Part shown: in pieces, positions 40,412-51,621 of the stretch
How positions within the stretch are numbered: the stretch's first letter is position 1
How the letters are laid out: every line of letters begins with the position of its first letter
IMG/VR virus record: IMGVR_UViG_3300037419_001192
Coordinates: 38,691-102,690 of that record
DNA: 64,000 bases
Source of the DNA: a virus
Direction: 5' to 3' (one strand)
The notes under the pieces: generated by a model
What the model saw: only the letters and a program-made list of their open reading frames with translations
Database searches by the model: none
Told to the model about the DNA's origin: nothing
Program-made: the position numbers and the translations under genes

Positions 40412-41013
40412 TGCGGCGCAAGCGCTACAAGGCGGTAATCCCCCCGCAAATGACATTGCCCACCAATTTGCGCAAGGGCACAAATAATCCGGCGAGGTAC
40501 GGCACTCCACCGGAACCGCCCCCGGAAAATAACTTGTATTACGAAGGGGGCATACCGCTAAACCGGACAGCCATGCTGGTGACATTACCGGATGCCGATC
40601 CCTATACCCCAGATAAGAAGCTGGCAATGCCGCACTGGCAAGTGCCGCCAGAAATGGTGGATTTGGATGCGATCAAATACTGGGGGCCGGGCAACGACAA
40701 GCCCAAGAACTGGGCTGGCACCAAGATCGGCAGACTTACCGTGGTCGGCTATTGGGGCGCAGGAAAGCGCTACAAGGGCTCTGGCATGAAGCATGGCACC
40801 GAGAGACATAAGTGGGTCGTGCGCTGCGCCTGCGGCATCTATACGATCCGCACGGCCAAGACGATCAAGAAGGCAGTAGAACGCGGGCAGGCATGGGATA
40901 TGTGCGAATTCTGCAAGCACCAAGAACGGCTGAAGCGGAATGATATCTGGCACCGCACCGGCAAGCATATGGATAGAGAATTTACCCCAACCAAGGAGAA
41001 ACATCATGGATGA
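40393..41013 (+). CDS. Protein with HNH-endonuclease N-terminal-like Zn domain
   Basis: GTKIGRLTVVG..WVVRCACG..CEFC. Confidence 0.55.
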   Translation: MEPEKVVRRKRYKAVIPPQMTLPTNLRKGTNNPARYGTPPEPPPENNLYYEGGIPLNRTAMLVTLPDADPYTPDKKLAMPHWQVPPEMVDLDAIKYWGPGNDKPKNWAGTKIGRLTVVGYWGAGKRYKGSGMKHGTERHKWVVRCACGIYTIRTAKTIKKAVERGQAWDMCEFCKHQERLKRNDIWHRTGKHMDREFTPTKEKHHG

Positions 41014-41329
41014 GAAAGAACTCGATAAATACCTGAAAGAAAAAAGCTTCGAAGATTTCCTGAATGCCGCCCGCGCCATGGGCATCCAGCAATGTTTCGC
41101 CCGTTTATGCATGATCGTGGATGCCATTGATGATGGCCTAGCAGCACAAAAAGACAGCACAGAAGACGCCAAGCTGATCCGCGAGCAAGTCTTCCAGAGC
41201 ATCCGCGCCAGCTTCGCGTTCGACTATGAGAAATTCGCCAACAAATATGCAGAAGAATTGAAAATGGGGCAGGCAGTATTGAGTGGCTATGTCGAACAAC
41301 CGGATGAAGCCCCCATCGTCAAACACTAG
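41006..41329 (+). CDS. Hypothetical protein
   Basis: AAGGAG SD. Confidence 0.55.
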   Translation: MDEKELDKYLKEKSFEDFLNAARAMGIQQCFARLCMIVDAIDDGLAAQKDSTEDAKLIREQVFQSIRASFAFDYEKFANKYAEELKMGQAVLSGYVEQPDEAPIVKH

Positions 41330-41337
41330 GAACCATC

Positions 41338-41523
41338 ATGGAACCGCGCAGCCATAAATGCGATAACCCAGCATGCGAACATCATATCGAGGAAGAAGAT
41401 GACGAATCCGTATTGATGTTCGCTGGCTGGGGCATCAATGGCATACCCGTGATGTTCCTGCTGTGCCCGGCATGCAGCGTCGTCATCGCGCTGCTGCACC
41501 CGACGCATCTGAATTGGGATTAA
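41338..41523 (+). CDS. CxNPxC..CxxC Zn-finger family protein
   Basis: KCDNPACEHH..LCPAC. Confidence 0.6.
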   Translation: MEPRSHKCDNPACEHHIEEEDDESVLMFAGWGINGIPVMFLLCPACSVVIALLHPTHLNWD

Positions 41524-41552
41524 CCGGCAATCAATTGCCAAAGGAGTGGCGC

Positions 41553-41831
41553 ATGGCGTTATTTTATCAGGGGCAAGAGTTCTATGACCCCTACAAGACC
41601 TATATCGAATACGGGGTGCTGCGGGCCTGCTTCAACCCAAAATGCGAAAGCCATCATTTTCCACTAGAAATGCCACAATACGAGGAGGCAATTCTATTTT
41701 ATGGCAAGCCACCAGTGCAGTACATCGAGAAACAAGGCACCCCGCATGTGAAGTTCGAACTCGATGGACAGAAATACATACTGTGCCATTCCTGCGCCAG
41801 CGTCTATGGCATGTTGAAAGGATACCTATGA
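41553..41831 (+). CDS. CxNPxC..CxxC Zn-finger family protein
   Basis: ACFNPKCESH..LCHSC. Confidence 0.6.
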   Translation: MALFYQGQEFYDPYKTYIEYGVLRACFNPKCESHHFPLEMPQYEEAILFYGKPPVQYIEKQGTPHVKFELDGQKYILCHSCASVYGMLKGYL

Positions 41832-43021
41832 ACAAGAATTCAAAATATGCATTTGCAGCACTGGTAGGCTGGACAATCATGGCCGGCATCGCGTGGCATG
41901 GCATAGCCAAGCTATTTGGCGGTGGTGGGGCAGCCACCATCATCACCAGCTTGTTGAACCTTGCCACCGGCATGTGGATGGGCAGCGAAATGGGCCGGCA
42001 ATCAATTGCCACACCCAAGCGTAAGATGGAACTGGAAATTCTGATCCCAAAAGACAAATACGAAGAAGCAATCAACCAATTAAGACAGGCGGGCCTGCAC
42101 ATCGAGGAAATGGTTGACTACGAACCGGGAGGAAGAAAAGGAACCCAGCAATGACCAAGAGCTACCGAGAACAAAGTAACGAGGCCAAGGCAGCCAAGCG
42201 CGGCATCACCGAACAACGGCGCGGGGCCGGCAAGAATAAGAAAGACAAACCCTTCATCTTGGAATACCGAATCACTCCAGATGAAAACCGCTTCATCGGC
42301 CCGCCAAGAGGCTGGCATGACTGGAGCAAATGGGGCAGCTACAGAACCATGGAAGAACTCCTAGCCACGAAAGAAAAACAAGAGCGCAAAGGAGATTTCT
42401 TCGAATACCGCATAAAAGGAGAAAGTAATGAGTGAATTAACCAAGGCACTGATAGAAATTGGGCTGGAAGAAATCAGAACCCAACGGGGGCATGGTATGG
42501 ACAAGGATGAGCAAATCGAAGCGCTAAAAGCCGAAGTGGCAGCACTCATGGCGCAGAATCACTTTGACTACAGCCGCAGCCATGCGTTGCGCATCGAAGT
42601 AGAAAAACTACTGAATGTGGCCGGCATCAAGTTCGTCAATGAAGATAGAAAAGTCAGGCCACAAATCGAACGCGTCAAGGAATTGACAGAAAAATTGCGG
42701 GGCAAGCAAAAGCCTGTAGCATGGTTCCGAGACAAGCAAGGCATCACCACCTTCCTAGAGCATGAACCGGGGCCAGAGTATGGATCAGGATGGACACCCC
42801 TATACCCCAAGGATTCGGGAGCCAGCAATGAATGAAGAAATCGAAAAATATGTCGCCAAGTATGGCGAGCAATACCGGGGCACGATAGAAAGAGCCTTCG
42901 CTTTCATCGAAGAAAGAAAAGAAATCTGGGGGCCGGAACATGCCTTGAAAGACATGAACATGGATATCTATATCGAAGAAGGCATGAAGAAGGTCTGTTA
43001 CCCAACATCGGCGGGCCGTAA

Positions 43022-43267
43022 ATGATAAAGCGATATAACTTGGTTGACCCCGCAGCAGAAGTGAAACGACATATCCGCCGAAGGTACAAAACACAAGTGG
43101 CGGCAGCAAGGGCATGGGGCGTCACCCCTGCTTTCGTGAACATGGTGGTGCAAGGGATAAAAAATCCCACCGAGATAATGCTGCAAGAAATGGGCGTATT
43201 ACGGAAGACGATTTATTACCGAGAACGGCGGGGCCGCGCAGCGGGCAGCGGGGTTAAAGATGATTGA
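43022..43267 (+). CDS. Cro/Xre-like HTH protein
   Basis: TQVAAARAWGVTPAFVNMVVQG.KNP. Confidence 0.7.
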   Translation: MIKRYNLVDPAAEVKRHIRRRYKTQVAAARAWGVTPAFVNMVVQGIKNPTEIMLQEMGVLRKTIYYRERRGRAAGSGVKDD

Positions 43268-43466
43268 TAGAGCATGCAGCAACAAGGAGTGCGAATACCA
43301 TCACAGGGATCACAAGGATGCAATACTGCACGACTACGAGTATTACACCCATGAGGTATGGCGCGACCCCGTGTTCTACCCAAAGGTGAAGCTATGCCCC
43401 ACATGCGCACAAGTAATCAGGACATTGAAAGGCTGGACTGATAATAAGAGGATATTCCTGCTATGA
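43260..43466 (+). CDS. CxNPxC..CxxC Zn-finger family protein
   Basis: ACSNKECEYH..LCPTC. Confidence 0.55.
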   Translation: MIDRACSNKECEYHHRDHKDAILHDYEYYTHEVWRDPVFYPKVKLCPTCAQVIRTLKGWTDNKRIFLL

Positions 43467-43672
43467 ACAGGCTATGTGATAACCCCGAGTGCGAATGGCA
43501 TCTAGTCGCGTCATATGTAAGCTTAGACCCCAAAATCAAAGTAAAAAGAAATATCGTGGAATACCACATATGGGAAGAATGCAAGATCACTCCCACATAT
43601 ATCTGCAAGGGATTGTGCCCCTCCTGCCTAGAGGTATTCAATCTCTTAGCTGAATCAAAGCCATACTGGTAA
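43463..43672 (+). CDS. CxNPxC..CxxC Zn-finger family protein
   Basis: LCDNPECEWH..LCPSC. Confidence 0.6.
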   Translation: MNRLCDNPECEWHLVASYVSLDPKIKVKRNIVEYHIWEECKITPTYICKGLCPSCLEVFNLLAESKPYW

Positions 43673-43783
43673 CTGGCAATCAATTGCCAAGATTTTCCCT
43701 ACCCACCACCCTCACGTTGTTTGTTAGTTGCCTTTCGGCCAGATCACGCCTAACATTGCCTCCTGTCAAGCAAGGAGTGAGCA

Positions 43784-44404
43784 ATGCCGGCGAAGAAGCA
43801 TCAAGTCAAAGTTGATATCGAAAACATAGCAGCAGTAGTCGATCAGCTTCCCGTTCCAGCCCCAAAGCGCCGAGCCTCGAATGCCCGCACCAATTATTTT
43901 GGCTTGCGGTTGCAGTGGTTCAAGCGCAACTTGGATATCCACAATCCGGATCACTACACGATTGAGCAACTTGCTCTCGATAACAAGCTGAACCCGGATA
44001 CAGTCAAGGTGCAAGCTGCGCAAGAGGGGTGGCAAGCCCAGCTTCATGAATTGCGCGAAGAAGTTGCCGAGCAAGCGCGGCGGCAATTGATTGCCAAATC
44101 CGGATTCGATGAATTGGAAGTCCGGAAGAAGCATGCGAAGTTTGCCAACATCGCCATGTCGAAGGCGATCCTTGGCTTGATGCAACTCGATCCCGCAACG
44201 CTATCCCCAAAAGAAATTGCGATTCTCCTACAGCTAGGATTGTCCGAAGAACGCAAGGCATACGGCATGGTGGAATCCGTGACTGCCACGATCAAGGGTG
44301 GCGAGGGCGGCACGATTCAAACCGCAGCGCAGGCAGCAATGGATATCTTGCAGCGCCGCCAGCAAGGCATGAAGACGATAGGGGAAGACGATGGGGCCGT
44401 TTGA
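43784..44404 (+). CDS. Probable terminase small subunit
   Basis: HTH (TIEQLA..TV..A..EGW) plus helical oligomerisation region; overlaps the start of TerL. Confidence 0.6.
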   Translation: MPAKKHQVKVDIENIAAVVDQLPVPAPKRRASNARTNYFGLRLQWFKRNLDIHNPDHYTIEQLALDNKLNPDTVKVQAAQEGWQAQLHELREEVAEQARRQLIAKSGFDELEVRKKHAKFANIAMSKAILGLMQLDPATLSPKEIAILLQLGLSEERKAYGMVESVTATIKGGEGGTIQTAAQAAMDILQRRQQGMKTIGEDDGAV

Positions 44405-46313
44405 CTACGATTCCTTCTTTGCCCAAGTCCAAGAATTCCTGCGGGCAGAAATCGGTGGCGACGATGGGCAGCAACTGTGGCTGGCCGGGCAATCAATTGC
44501 CGATCCCGACGAGCGCGTGAAATTCTATTCGATGCTGGTGGAAGATATTGCGCGGGGCAGCCTCGATGCTTTGAGCAAGGAAGCGGTGTACAAGTGGGAG
44601 CCGGTCGGCGTCGAAGAATTCGTTTGCGGTGAATACTATCTGAACAAGAAAGCCGAAATCTATCCGAAAGTATTAGAGGAACTGATAGAAATCAATACGC
44701 CGGGCAAGTATATCGAAATCGTTTTGACTGGTGGGATTGGATCGGCCAAAACCACTACCGCACTGTATTCCACCGCGTATCAAGTGTATCTGCTGTCGTG
44801 CATGCACTCGCCGCACAAGGCATTCGGGCTCGATCCTAGCTCGGAAATCATGCTGATCTTCCAATCGATCAACAAGGGTATCAGCAGCGCCAGCTACAAG
44901 CGCTTCAAGTCGATGATCGAAGACTCCCGCTACTTCAAGGAGTGTTTCCCATTCGATAAGAATATCGATAGCCGGATGGTCTTCCCGCACCGCATTGAAA
45001 TCGTGCCAATCAGCGGCATGGAAACCGCAGCCATCGGCCAGAACGTCATTGGCGGCATGATCGATGAATTGAACTATATGAGCGTGGTCACCAAGAGCAA
45101 GCAATCGGTCGATCAAGGGACTTATGATCAAGCGGTCGCCTTGTACAACTCGATTGCGCGACGCCGCAAGACCCGCTTCATGTTGGGCGGCAAGATGCCG
45201 GGCCTGCTGTGCCTCGTATCTTCGAAACGCTATCCGGGCCAATTCACTGATTTGAAAGCCGAAGAAGCCGAAAGGGAAAAGGCCAAGCATGGATACTCCA
45301 CAATCTATATCTATGATTACCGCGTCTGGGATATCAAGCCGGAAGGCAGCTTCACGCGTGGTATGTTCCGCGTTTTTGCTGGCGACGTTACTCGTAAGCC
45401 TCGAATACTTCAGGCTGGAGAAACAGTTGAGCCAGATGACGAAAAGCTCGTCGTGGAAGTGCCTGAAGATTTCCGCGAAGACTTCGAAAAAGACATCATC
45501 AATGCCTTGCGCGAAATTGCCGGCGTTTCCACCCTCTCCCGTCATCCCTACTTTGTGGATGTGGAAAAGGTTACCGCAGCCTTCGGTCATCATGAATCCT
45601 GCTTTTCCCGAGAAGCGGTCGATTTCGTGCAGTCAAAGCTCGCAATCTTTCCGAAGCGGGTACACCGGCCTGATCTGCCAAGGTTCGCGCATGTGGACTT
45701 AGCCATCAGTGGCGACAGTGCAGGCGTCGTGATTGGCACCGTGACTGGATTCAAATCGATGAAGGAACTGGGCTTCGGCGGCAATGGCGATGAAATGATG
45801 CCGATGATTCATATCGATGCGATTCTGGAAGTAAAACCCCCCAAAGGCGGGGAGATTCTGTTCTGGAAAATCAGGGAAGTCTTGAACAAGCTGCGCGAAC
45901 TCGGCGTGAATATGCGCTGGGTCACGTTCGACTCGTTCCAATCGAAAGATAGCCAGCAAATCCTGCGGCAGACCGGCTTCACCACGGGCGAGCGCTCGAT
46001 GGATCGCACTCCAGAAGCGTATGACATCCTGAAGTCCGCGATTTACTCGGGCAGGGTGGCGATGCCGCAGCATGCGAAATGCCAGATTGAAATGATATCG
46101 CTGGAAAAGGATACGAAGACTGGCAAGATCGACCACCCGGCCACCGGTTCAAAAGATTGCTCAGATGCATTAGCTGGCGTAGTGTATGGATTGACGATGC
46201 GCCGCGAAATCTGGGGCATGTATGCGATCCCAGTCATCCGCATCCCGGACAGCATCAGATTCACGAAAGATAAGAAGCAAGAAGACCCGGAGAAAGAGCA
46301 TGAGTATGCCTAA
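44391..46313 (+). CDS. terL: Terminase large subunit
   Basis: GGIGSAKT, IDE, LVSS; nuclease HVDLA..D..TFDSFQS..KIDHP..GSKD.SDA.AG. Confidence 0.88.
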   Translation: MGPFDYDSFFAQVQEFLRAEIGGDDGQQLWLAGQSIADPDERVKFYSMLVEDIARGSLDALSKEAVYKWEPVGVEEFVCGEYYLNKKAEIYPKVLEELIEINTPGKYIEIVLTGGIGSAKTTTALYSTAYQVYLLSCMHSPHKAFGLDPSSEIMLIFQSINKGISSASYKRFKSMIEDSRYFKECFPFDKNIDSRMVFPHRIEIVPISGMETAAIGQNVIGGMIDELNYMSVVTKSKQSVDQGTYDQAVALYNSIARRRKTRFMLGGKMPGLLCLVSSKRYPGQFTDLKAEEAEREKAKHGYSTIYIYDYRVWDIKPEGSFTRGMFRVFAGDVTRKPRILQAGETVEPDDEKLVVEVPEDFREDFEKDIINALREIAGVSTLSRHPYFVDVEKVTAAFGHHESCFSREAVDFVQSKLAIFPKRVHRPDLPRFAHVDLAISGDSAGVVIGTVTGFKSMKELGFGGNGDEMMPMIHIDAILEVKPPKGGEILFWKIREVLNKLRELGVNMRWVTFDSFQSKDSQQILRQTGFTTGERSMDRTPEAYDILKSAIYSGRVAMPQHAKCQIEMISLEKDTKTGKIDHPATGSKDCSDALAGVVYGLTMRREIWGMYAIPVIRIPDSIRFTKDKKQEDPEKEHEYA

Positions 46314-46495
46314 ACCGATGCGCGTCTACTACCGCAGCCGCAAGCCCGGTGGCAATCAATTGCACCGCATCGATGTCGAGTGCATCAATGGCGCGGGCGC
46401 AAAAGAAGCAATGCAGGAAGTGCAGGATTTCTTGACAAGCAACAAGCTGAAATTCTTTGGTGCCGTGCTGGCAGTCGTCAAATAGGAGAAATGCC

Positions 46496-46852
46496 ATGTG
46501 GGTCAAATACGATGGGCAAGACATGATCCACGGCAAAGAGTATTTCGTGCTGTGGCGCGAGAAAACCCGGCTGTATCTGGAAAGAACCTTTTGGGATGAC
46601 GAATGCCGGGGCTTCGTAAAAGAGGTTGGTAACAAGAAGCCATTGAAGCGCGTCGAGTTTTTCAGCCGCGAGCCCGAAGAATTCGAAGCGCCGGCAGCGC
46701 CGCCCTCCATACCGATCAACAAAGTCGATTTGATGACGCTGTGGTTTTCGCTATCGCTGATCGGCAGCGCGGTATTCCTATTCGTCACGAAAGGGCTGTA
46801 TGGCCTGATCGATTATCTGGGGGGCTGGCAATGGTTATCTTTGCATTGGTGA
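46496..46852 (+). CDS. Hypothetical membrane protein
   Basis: AGGAG SD; C-terminal TM helix. Confidence 0.5.
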   Translation: MWVKYDGQDMIHGKEYFVLWREKTRLYLERTFWDDECRGFVKEVGNKKPLKRVEFFSREPEEFEAPAAPPSIPINKVDLMTLWFSLSLIGSAVFLFVTKGLYGLIDYLGGWQWLSLHW

Positions 46853-46977
46853 TGGGCTGGTGGATTGTGTGGTCGTGCGAGTGGGCGTTGGCCTGCGAAG
46901 ATTTGGCAATCGATTGCCAAACGGTGCGGCAACTCATTGTGTAAATCCCGCAAGGAGTGCGTCGGCATGGAGCCAAC

Positions 46978-47334
46978 ATGGAAACGTTTGACCTCGTATC
47001 GGCCACATCCTTCGATGCCGCATTTCTGAAGGAATACACCCAGATGGATGTATATGCGTCCATCATGATCAATTCGCTGCAAGACGATATCGATGGCAAG
47101 GAAGACACCGAGCAATTCGATTGCCTCGATGAAGATCGGGAGCATCTGGAACAAGTCTTGACCTCGGTGCTGGGCCAAGCGGTATTTCATTACGAACAAC
47201 CCATCGAAGCGCATTTCATGACAAAAGGTGATTATGCGACAACGATGTGTGTGCATCGGCTCAGTTCTGACTGGAATAACGGTTCGGTGGTGTTGCTGTG
47301 GGGCATAAAGCTGTTATCATGCGGCAACTGCTAA
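46978..47334 (+). CDS. Hypothetical acidic protein
   Basis: GGAG SD. Confidence 0.55.
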   Translation: METFDLVSATSFDAAFLKEYTQMDVYASIMINSLQDDIDGKEDTEQFDCLDEDREHLEQVLTSVLGQAVFHYEQPIEAHFMTKGDYATTMCVHRLSSDWNNGSVVLLWGIKLLSCGNC

Positions 47335-47471
47335 GGAGTGATGCATGGAACAGAAATGCTGCAAGTGCTGCGTGAAGCCCGGTTGGATATTGCGGTTCAA
47401 CGATGATGGCGTGAAAGTGTATTGCACTCCTTGCTCCGAAGAACTGATCCGCAACCAACCCCAACCAACCA

Positions 47472-48218
47472 ATGAAAAACCGACTCTGGCTTCTGGTGCC
47501 CTTCGTTCTACCGTCCGCGATGGCTTTCGCGTCATGCGGGAACGGGGGGAATGATGTACCGGCAAATGGCTGCACTCCTGCGATCATTGCTCCCGCAGCG
47601 TCCACCGTTACCTCCAGCGCGGCCACTGCCGCCGCTACCGCAAATCTCTCCGTCGATAACCGCCTATCCCAAAGCCAACTCGCGGTGGGTATCGGTGCAG
47701 GCGGCGCAGGCGGCTCGGCAACAAGCACTGCAATCGGCGGCGCAGGGGGCCAAGCAACGGGCGGCAGTGCTACGGCAACGGGCGGCACCGGATATGGGGG
47801 TATAGGCAATGGCGGAGCCGGTGGTATTGGCATTGGCGGCAGCGGTGGCGTTGCTACTGGTGGAAGCGTTGGTGCTATTTCTATATCCGCGAACGCTGCA
47901 CGTAATCCGGTCGCATCTGCAATCGCCCCAAGCATTAGCCCTACTGCAACTTGCGCTATTCCGCTTAGTGGCGGCATTTCTGTGTTTGGTTTTAGCGGTT
48001 CCGCTGGTTCTGCTTATATCGATTCTAGCTGTGTACTCTTGGAGCAAGCCAAGGCTGCGGCAGCGCTCGGTGACGTTGAAGTGGCGCAGGAAATGATGTG
48101 CGCCCAGCCAGCGTATCGGGCAGCCAGAAAGCGCATGGGCCGACCCTGCATGGAAGTCGAATACAAACCAATCTCCAGCGCCGAGCAACGCGACTGGATC
48201 GACCACTGGGAGCGATGA
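47472..48218 (+). CDS. Exported Gly-rich protein
   Basis: Signal peptide (..AMAFASC), Gly/Ala repeat, PVASAIAPS..C..SGG..D..C C-terminal domain. Confidence 0.65.
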   Translation: MKNRLWLLVPFVLPSAMAFASCGNGGNDVPANGCTPAIIAPAASTVTSSAATAAATANLSVDNRLSQSQLAVGIGAGGAGGSATSTAIGGAGGQATGGSATATGGTGYGGIGNGGAGGIGIGGSGGVATGGSVGAISISANAARNPVASAIAPSISPTATCAIPLSGGISVFGFSGSAGSAYIDSSCVLLEQAKAAAALGDVEVAQEMMCAQPAYRAARKRMGRPCMEVEYKPISSAEQRDWIDHWER

Positions 48219-48685
48219 TGAGTCCGGAAGAATGCAAAACCGTAGCGGAAAACCTGCGAGTGATGGGGCCGAAGGCAGTCGAAACCGAAGTGCTGGTAGG
48301 AATATTGGCACTGGTGATAAGCAATGCGCGGCAGTATCCGGATAAATCCTTCTACGAAATCATCAAGGAGTGCTGGCAGGGCTGGGAAACCGGGGAAGGC
48401 CAGCCGCTATTACCAACATGGAAAGAGTAGCGATGATGACAGGCAAGGAGATAACCAACTTGGAAGATAACCTTGCCCGCATCCTGCCTGTGGCAATTGA
48501 TTGCCATATGGTCGTCGCCATCATGGCCGCGCTCGTCGTTGCCACGAAAGACAATCCCCAGCTATCAACCTACGATCTGATCCGCAGCGCCTGCACCGAT
48601 TGGCACAACAATAAGCTGCCGGAATGGAATCAATTGTGGAGCAAGTGGTGATACACTAACCCCGCCAATGCGTACTGTACTTGAA

Positions 48686-48713
48686 AGCCGGGCCGGAATC
48701 CCGGCTCTTTTTT
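48686..48713 (+). terminator. Rho-independent terminator
   Basis: AGCCGGG..CCCGGCT followed by CTTTTTT; promoter at 48727 downstream. Confidence 0.65.
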
Positions 48714-48794
48714 CGCCCAAATCCCTTTGACAAACAGATCAAGTGTGATAAGATTCAGTCGTGGGTTGAAGATAAACAGTCAATGGAGTGACAA

Positions 48795-49250
48795 ATGAAC
48801 GTGATCAATATGGCAGCGAACGGCATCGGCAACATGGATATGGCTCTTGCCGCAGCGCATATGTCGATGGGCGTGTTCTTCGCCATTTCGGGCGGCAACA
48901 AGCTGTTCGTCGCGGGTCGGCATGCAACCCTGAAAGCCGAACTCGTCAAGGATAAAATCCCGGCAATCAATTTCATGGAATGGTGGGTGCCGGGCTGGGA
49001 ATTCGCGGGTGGCTTGATGCTGCTGGCTGGTGTGTTCTCGGCGTTCGCGGCAGCGGTGCTGGCAATCATTTGCGGCGTAGCGATTTGCTGCAATGCCAAG
49101 AAGATCGTGGAGGGCTATGCTCCGATCAATGAGCCCGACCGCATTGCCGATTATCTTTACTTGCCCGAAGTGCTGTATGTGGTCTTGCTGATGATCCCGA
49201 TGTTCTGCGGTGCCGGCAAGTTCTCGATGGATTACCTGATGTTCAACTAA
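48795..49250 (+). CDS. DoxX-family membrane protein
   Basis: GVFFAISG.NKL..EFAGGLMLLAG..GAGKFSMD. Confidence 0.8.
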   Translation: MNVINMAANGIGNMDMALAAAHMSMGVFFAISGGNKLFVAGRHATLKAELVKDKIPAINFMEWWVPGWEFAGGLMLLAGVFSAFAAAVLAIICGVAICCNAKKIVEGYAPINEPDRIADYLYLPEVLYVVLLMIPMFCGAGKFSMDYLMFN

Positions 49251-50073
49251 GCAAGGAGTGCATATGAAATTCGAATTGGAACTCGAAGGCCACAACAAGA
49301 TGGTGTACAAAACCGATGCCATCGCCAAGGTGCTGGCGCGGGAACTGGGCGGCAAATGGAATGTGAAGGAAATCCCATCCGAGCCGATCCCCTACCCGAT
49401 TGAAGATCAAGTCAACGATTTCGTGCAGGGGGCTCAAGACCGGGCGGGCAGGCCGTGACCAAACCGAAGCGCCCAGTGCTGGCCCCGTGCCCGAAATGCA
49501 AGCGGCGCGGCATCGGGGAATACAAGCCCGTGGTAACGATGGGCGTGTTCATGGGCTATATCGCTAACTGCCGCTATTGCCAGCATCCGCAGCGGCGCAA
49601 ATCTGAATACTAGGAGGCACTATGTATGCATTTTGGTATGACTACTATGGGCAAAATAGGTGCGAGCGGTTCGATTCCCTCAAGACTGCGCAATTTTGGT
49701 ACGACCGCTTGAAAGCGGAAGGGCACCGCATGCTTTCCCCCCGACCACAAGACAAGGAGCAATGAATGGCACACCGACCCAATGCTGATCCCGTGCAAGA
49801 GCATAGCGCGGGCGCACTGTACCCGTATGTGATTTATCGCAGGCAAAAGGATGATGGCTATATCTGGGGCTTGCTCGGGCCGTATATCAAGGATGGGCTC
49901 GAAATCTTCAGCAGCTATGACAAGGCAGCACGAATGGCGCAGGATATGAAGAATGCCAAGTTCCACATCCGCAATACCCAGCCACTGCAAACGCTGGATC
50001 GGCGGGCGCATTCAAGAAAGCCGCTATCGCATATCCCGGTCGTGCCGCCAAAGACCGTCTATTAGGAGAGACT

Positions 50074-50292
50074 ATGGCATTCCAAGATCGTATCAAACGC
50101 AAGTACGAAACTACGGATGGGCAAGTTTTTGAAGACTATGACGTTGCCCGCAACCACCAAAAAGACCTAGACACCAATGAGGCATTGGCAAATTTCGCTA
50201 AGGAAAATGCGGGCGCTGGCCTGAATGAGCATAAGCTGCGCGAATTGTTAATTGAAAAAAGGCATGACCTACTCGGCATCTTACTGTCGTAA
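50074..50292 (+). CDS. Hypothetical protein (YxTTDG family)
   Basis: YETTDGQVF..A..HQ. Confidence 0.6.
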   Translation: MAFQDRIKRKYETTDGQVFEDYDVARNHQKDLDTNEALANFAKENAGAGLNEHKLRELLIEKRHDLLGILLS

Positions 50293-50328
50293 TTTGGCAA
50301 TCAATTGCCACCTCCAATGGAGTGAACC

Positions 50329-50559
50329 ATGAGTTCCTATCAAAAAGTCAAAGCCACCTATACCACGACTGATGGCAAGCAATTCGATACCTCGCAGGAG
50401 GCATATGAGCATCAGCGGTATCTTGATATCGCGGAAAAGCTGACCGAGTTCGCCAAGAAGTATGCGACGGAAGACATGCCTACCGGGCAGCGCGTCGATC
50501 AGGAATTGCTGGCCCGCATCCTGATCGCCAAGCAAGATGAATTACGCGACATCCTATAA
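50329..50559 (+). CDS. Paralog of the preceding gene
   Basis: YTTTDGKQF..A.EHQ. Confidence 0.6.
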   Translation: MSSYQKVKATYTTTDGKQFDTSQEAYEHQRYLDIAEKLTEFAKKYATEDMPTGQRVDQELLARILIAKQDELRDIL

Positions 50560-50778
50560 GGAGCCCGCCATGGATACCGGGCAACGTGATTTCAAAGAAC
50601 TATGCGAAGTTTTCAATGACTCGGAAGAAATAGCCGAGCGCCTGAATGAATTGGCCCACGATACACGGGGCGATACCGGCTATTACCTAGCCGAAGCCGC
50701 TGTGCAAATTCAAGGGATGTGGCAACTTATCAAGGAATTGATGGAAGTCCACGAGCCCGGCTCAACGGAAGGGTGGAA

Positions 50779-51156
50779 ATGATGGATAAATACCTCGAAG
50801 CGGAAAAGCGGCTGGCCGCATTGGTATTGGCTGGCGAGCTACAGCCAAATGATGAGCTTGTCCTTGTCAATGATAGGACGCACATCAAGCGCCCCTTTGG
50901 CAATGCGTGGCAACTCATATCGACGCCTAGCTGGACAAGAGACAATGCCGCCGCCTTTGCCTTGATGGTGGAGCATGGCGTCGATGTGATGTTCGGTGAC
51001 CCAGCACAAGCTTTCGCTGCCGTGGGGTTGGCTGGCCCGGAGGGAGAAACCGCAGCCGAAGTGATCGAATACCATGCCGACCACCCCAACAAGGAAACTG
51101 CCGTGCGGTATGTCATCGTGCAAGCGGTGATTGCCAAACTGGAAGCTGGCAACTGA
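50779..51156 (+). CDS. Hypothetical protein
   Basis: P.WTRD..AAF.L motif seen in NinX-like phage proteins. Confidence 0.5.
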   Translation: MMDKYLEAEKRLAALVLAGELQPNDELVLVNDRTHIKRPFGNAWQLISTPSWTRDNAAAFALMVEHGVDVMFGDPAQAFAAVGLAGPEGETAAEVIEYHADHPNKETAVRYVIVQAVIAKLEAGN

Positions 51157-51621
51157 TTGCCAAAATCTCTTTGACAAACAGCTTAGTTGTGCTAATATGA
51201 AGGCGTGGGTTGAACGAAAACGAAAAAGGAGATCGGAATGGATTTCATGATGCTTGTTTCGGGTTTCTTGGCTTCCGCCTTCATGGCTTACGGTTTGATG
51301 GAAGTGCGGCGCAGCAAGATGCGCAAAGTGCGGGCAGCAATGGCATACCGCGCCCGGTAACAAAACCAACCTCAATGGAGTGAAAAATGGGTTACGAAAT
51401 CATCTTTCATGCAGCAGTCATCGCCTCGGCAATCTGGGCCATGGGCGTCGCAGTCTACGCGATCATGGAGGGCTGCCTCGAATGCTGAAACATGCCTTGT
51501 TGGCGGTCGCCGTGATCGCCGTGACTTTTGCGGTGGGCCTTGAAGGCGCTGCCGCCCTGAAGACCCTGCTGGCCCCGGCGCTGGCACTGATCCACTAACG
51601 AAACCATTCAATGGAGTGAAT

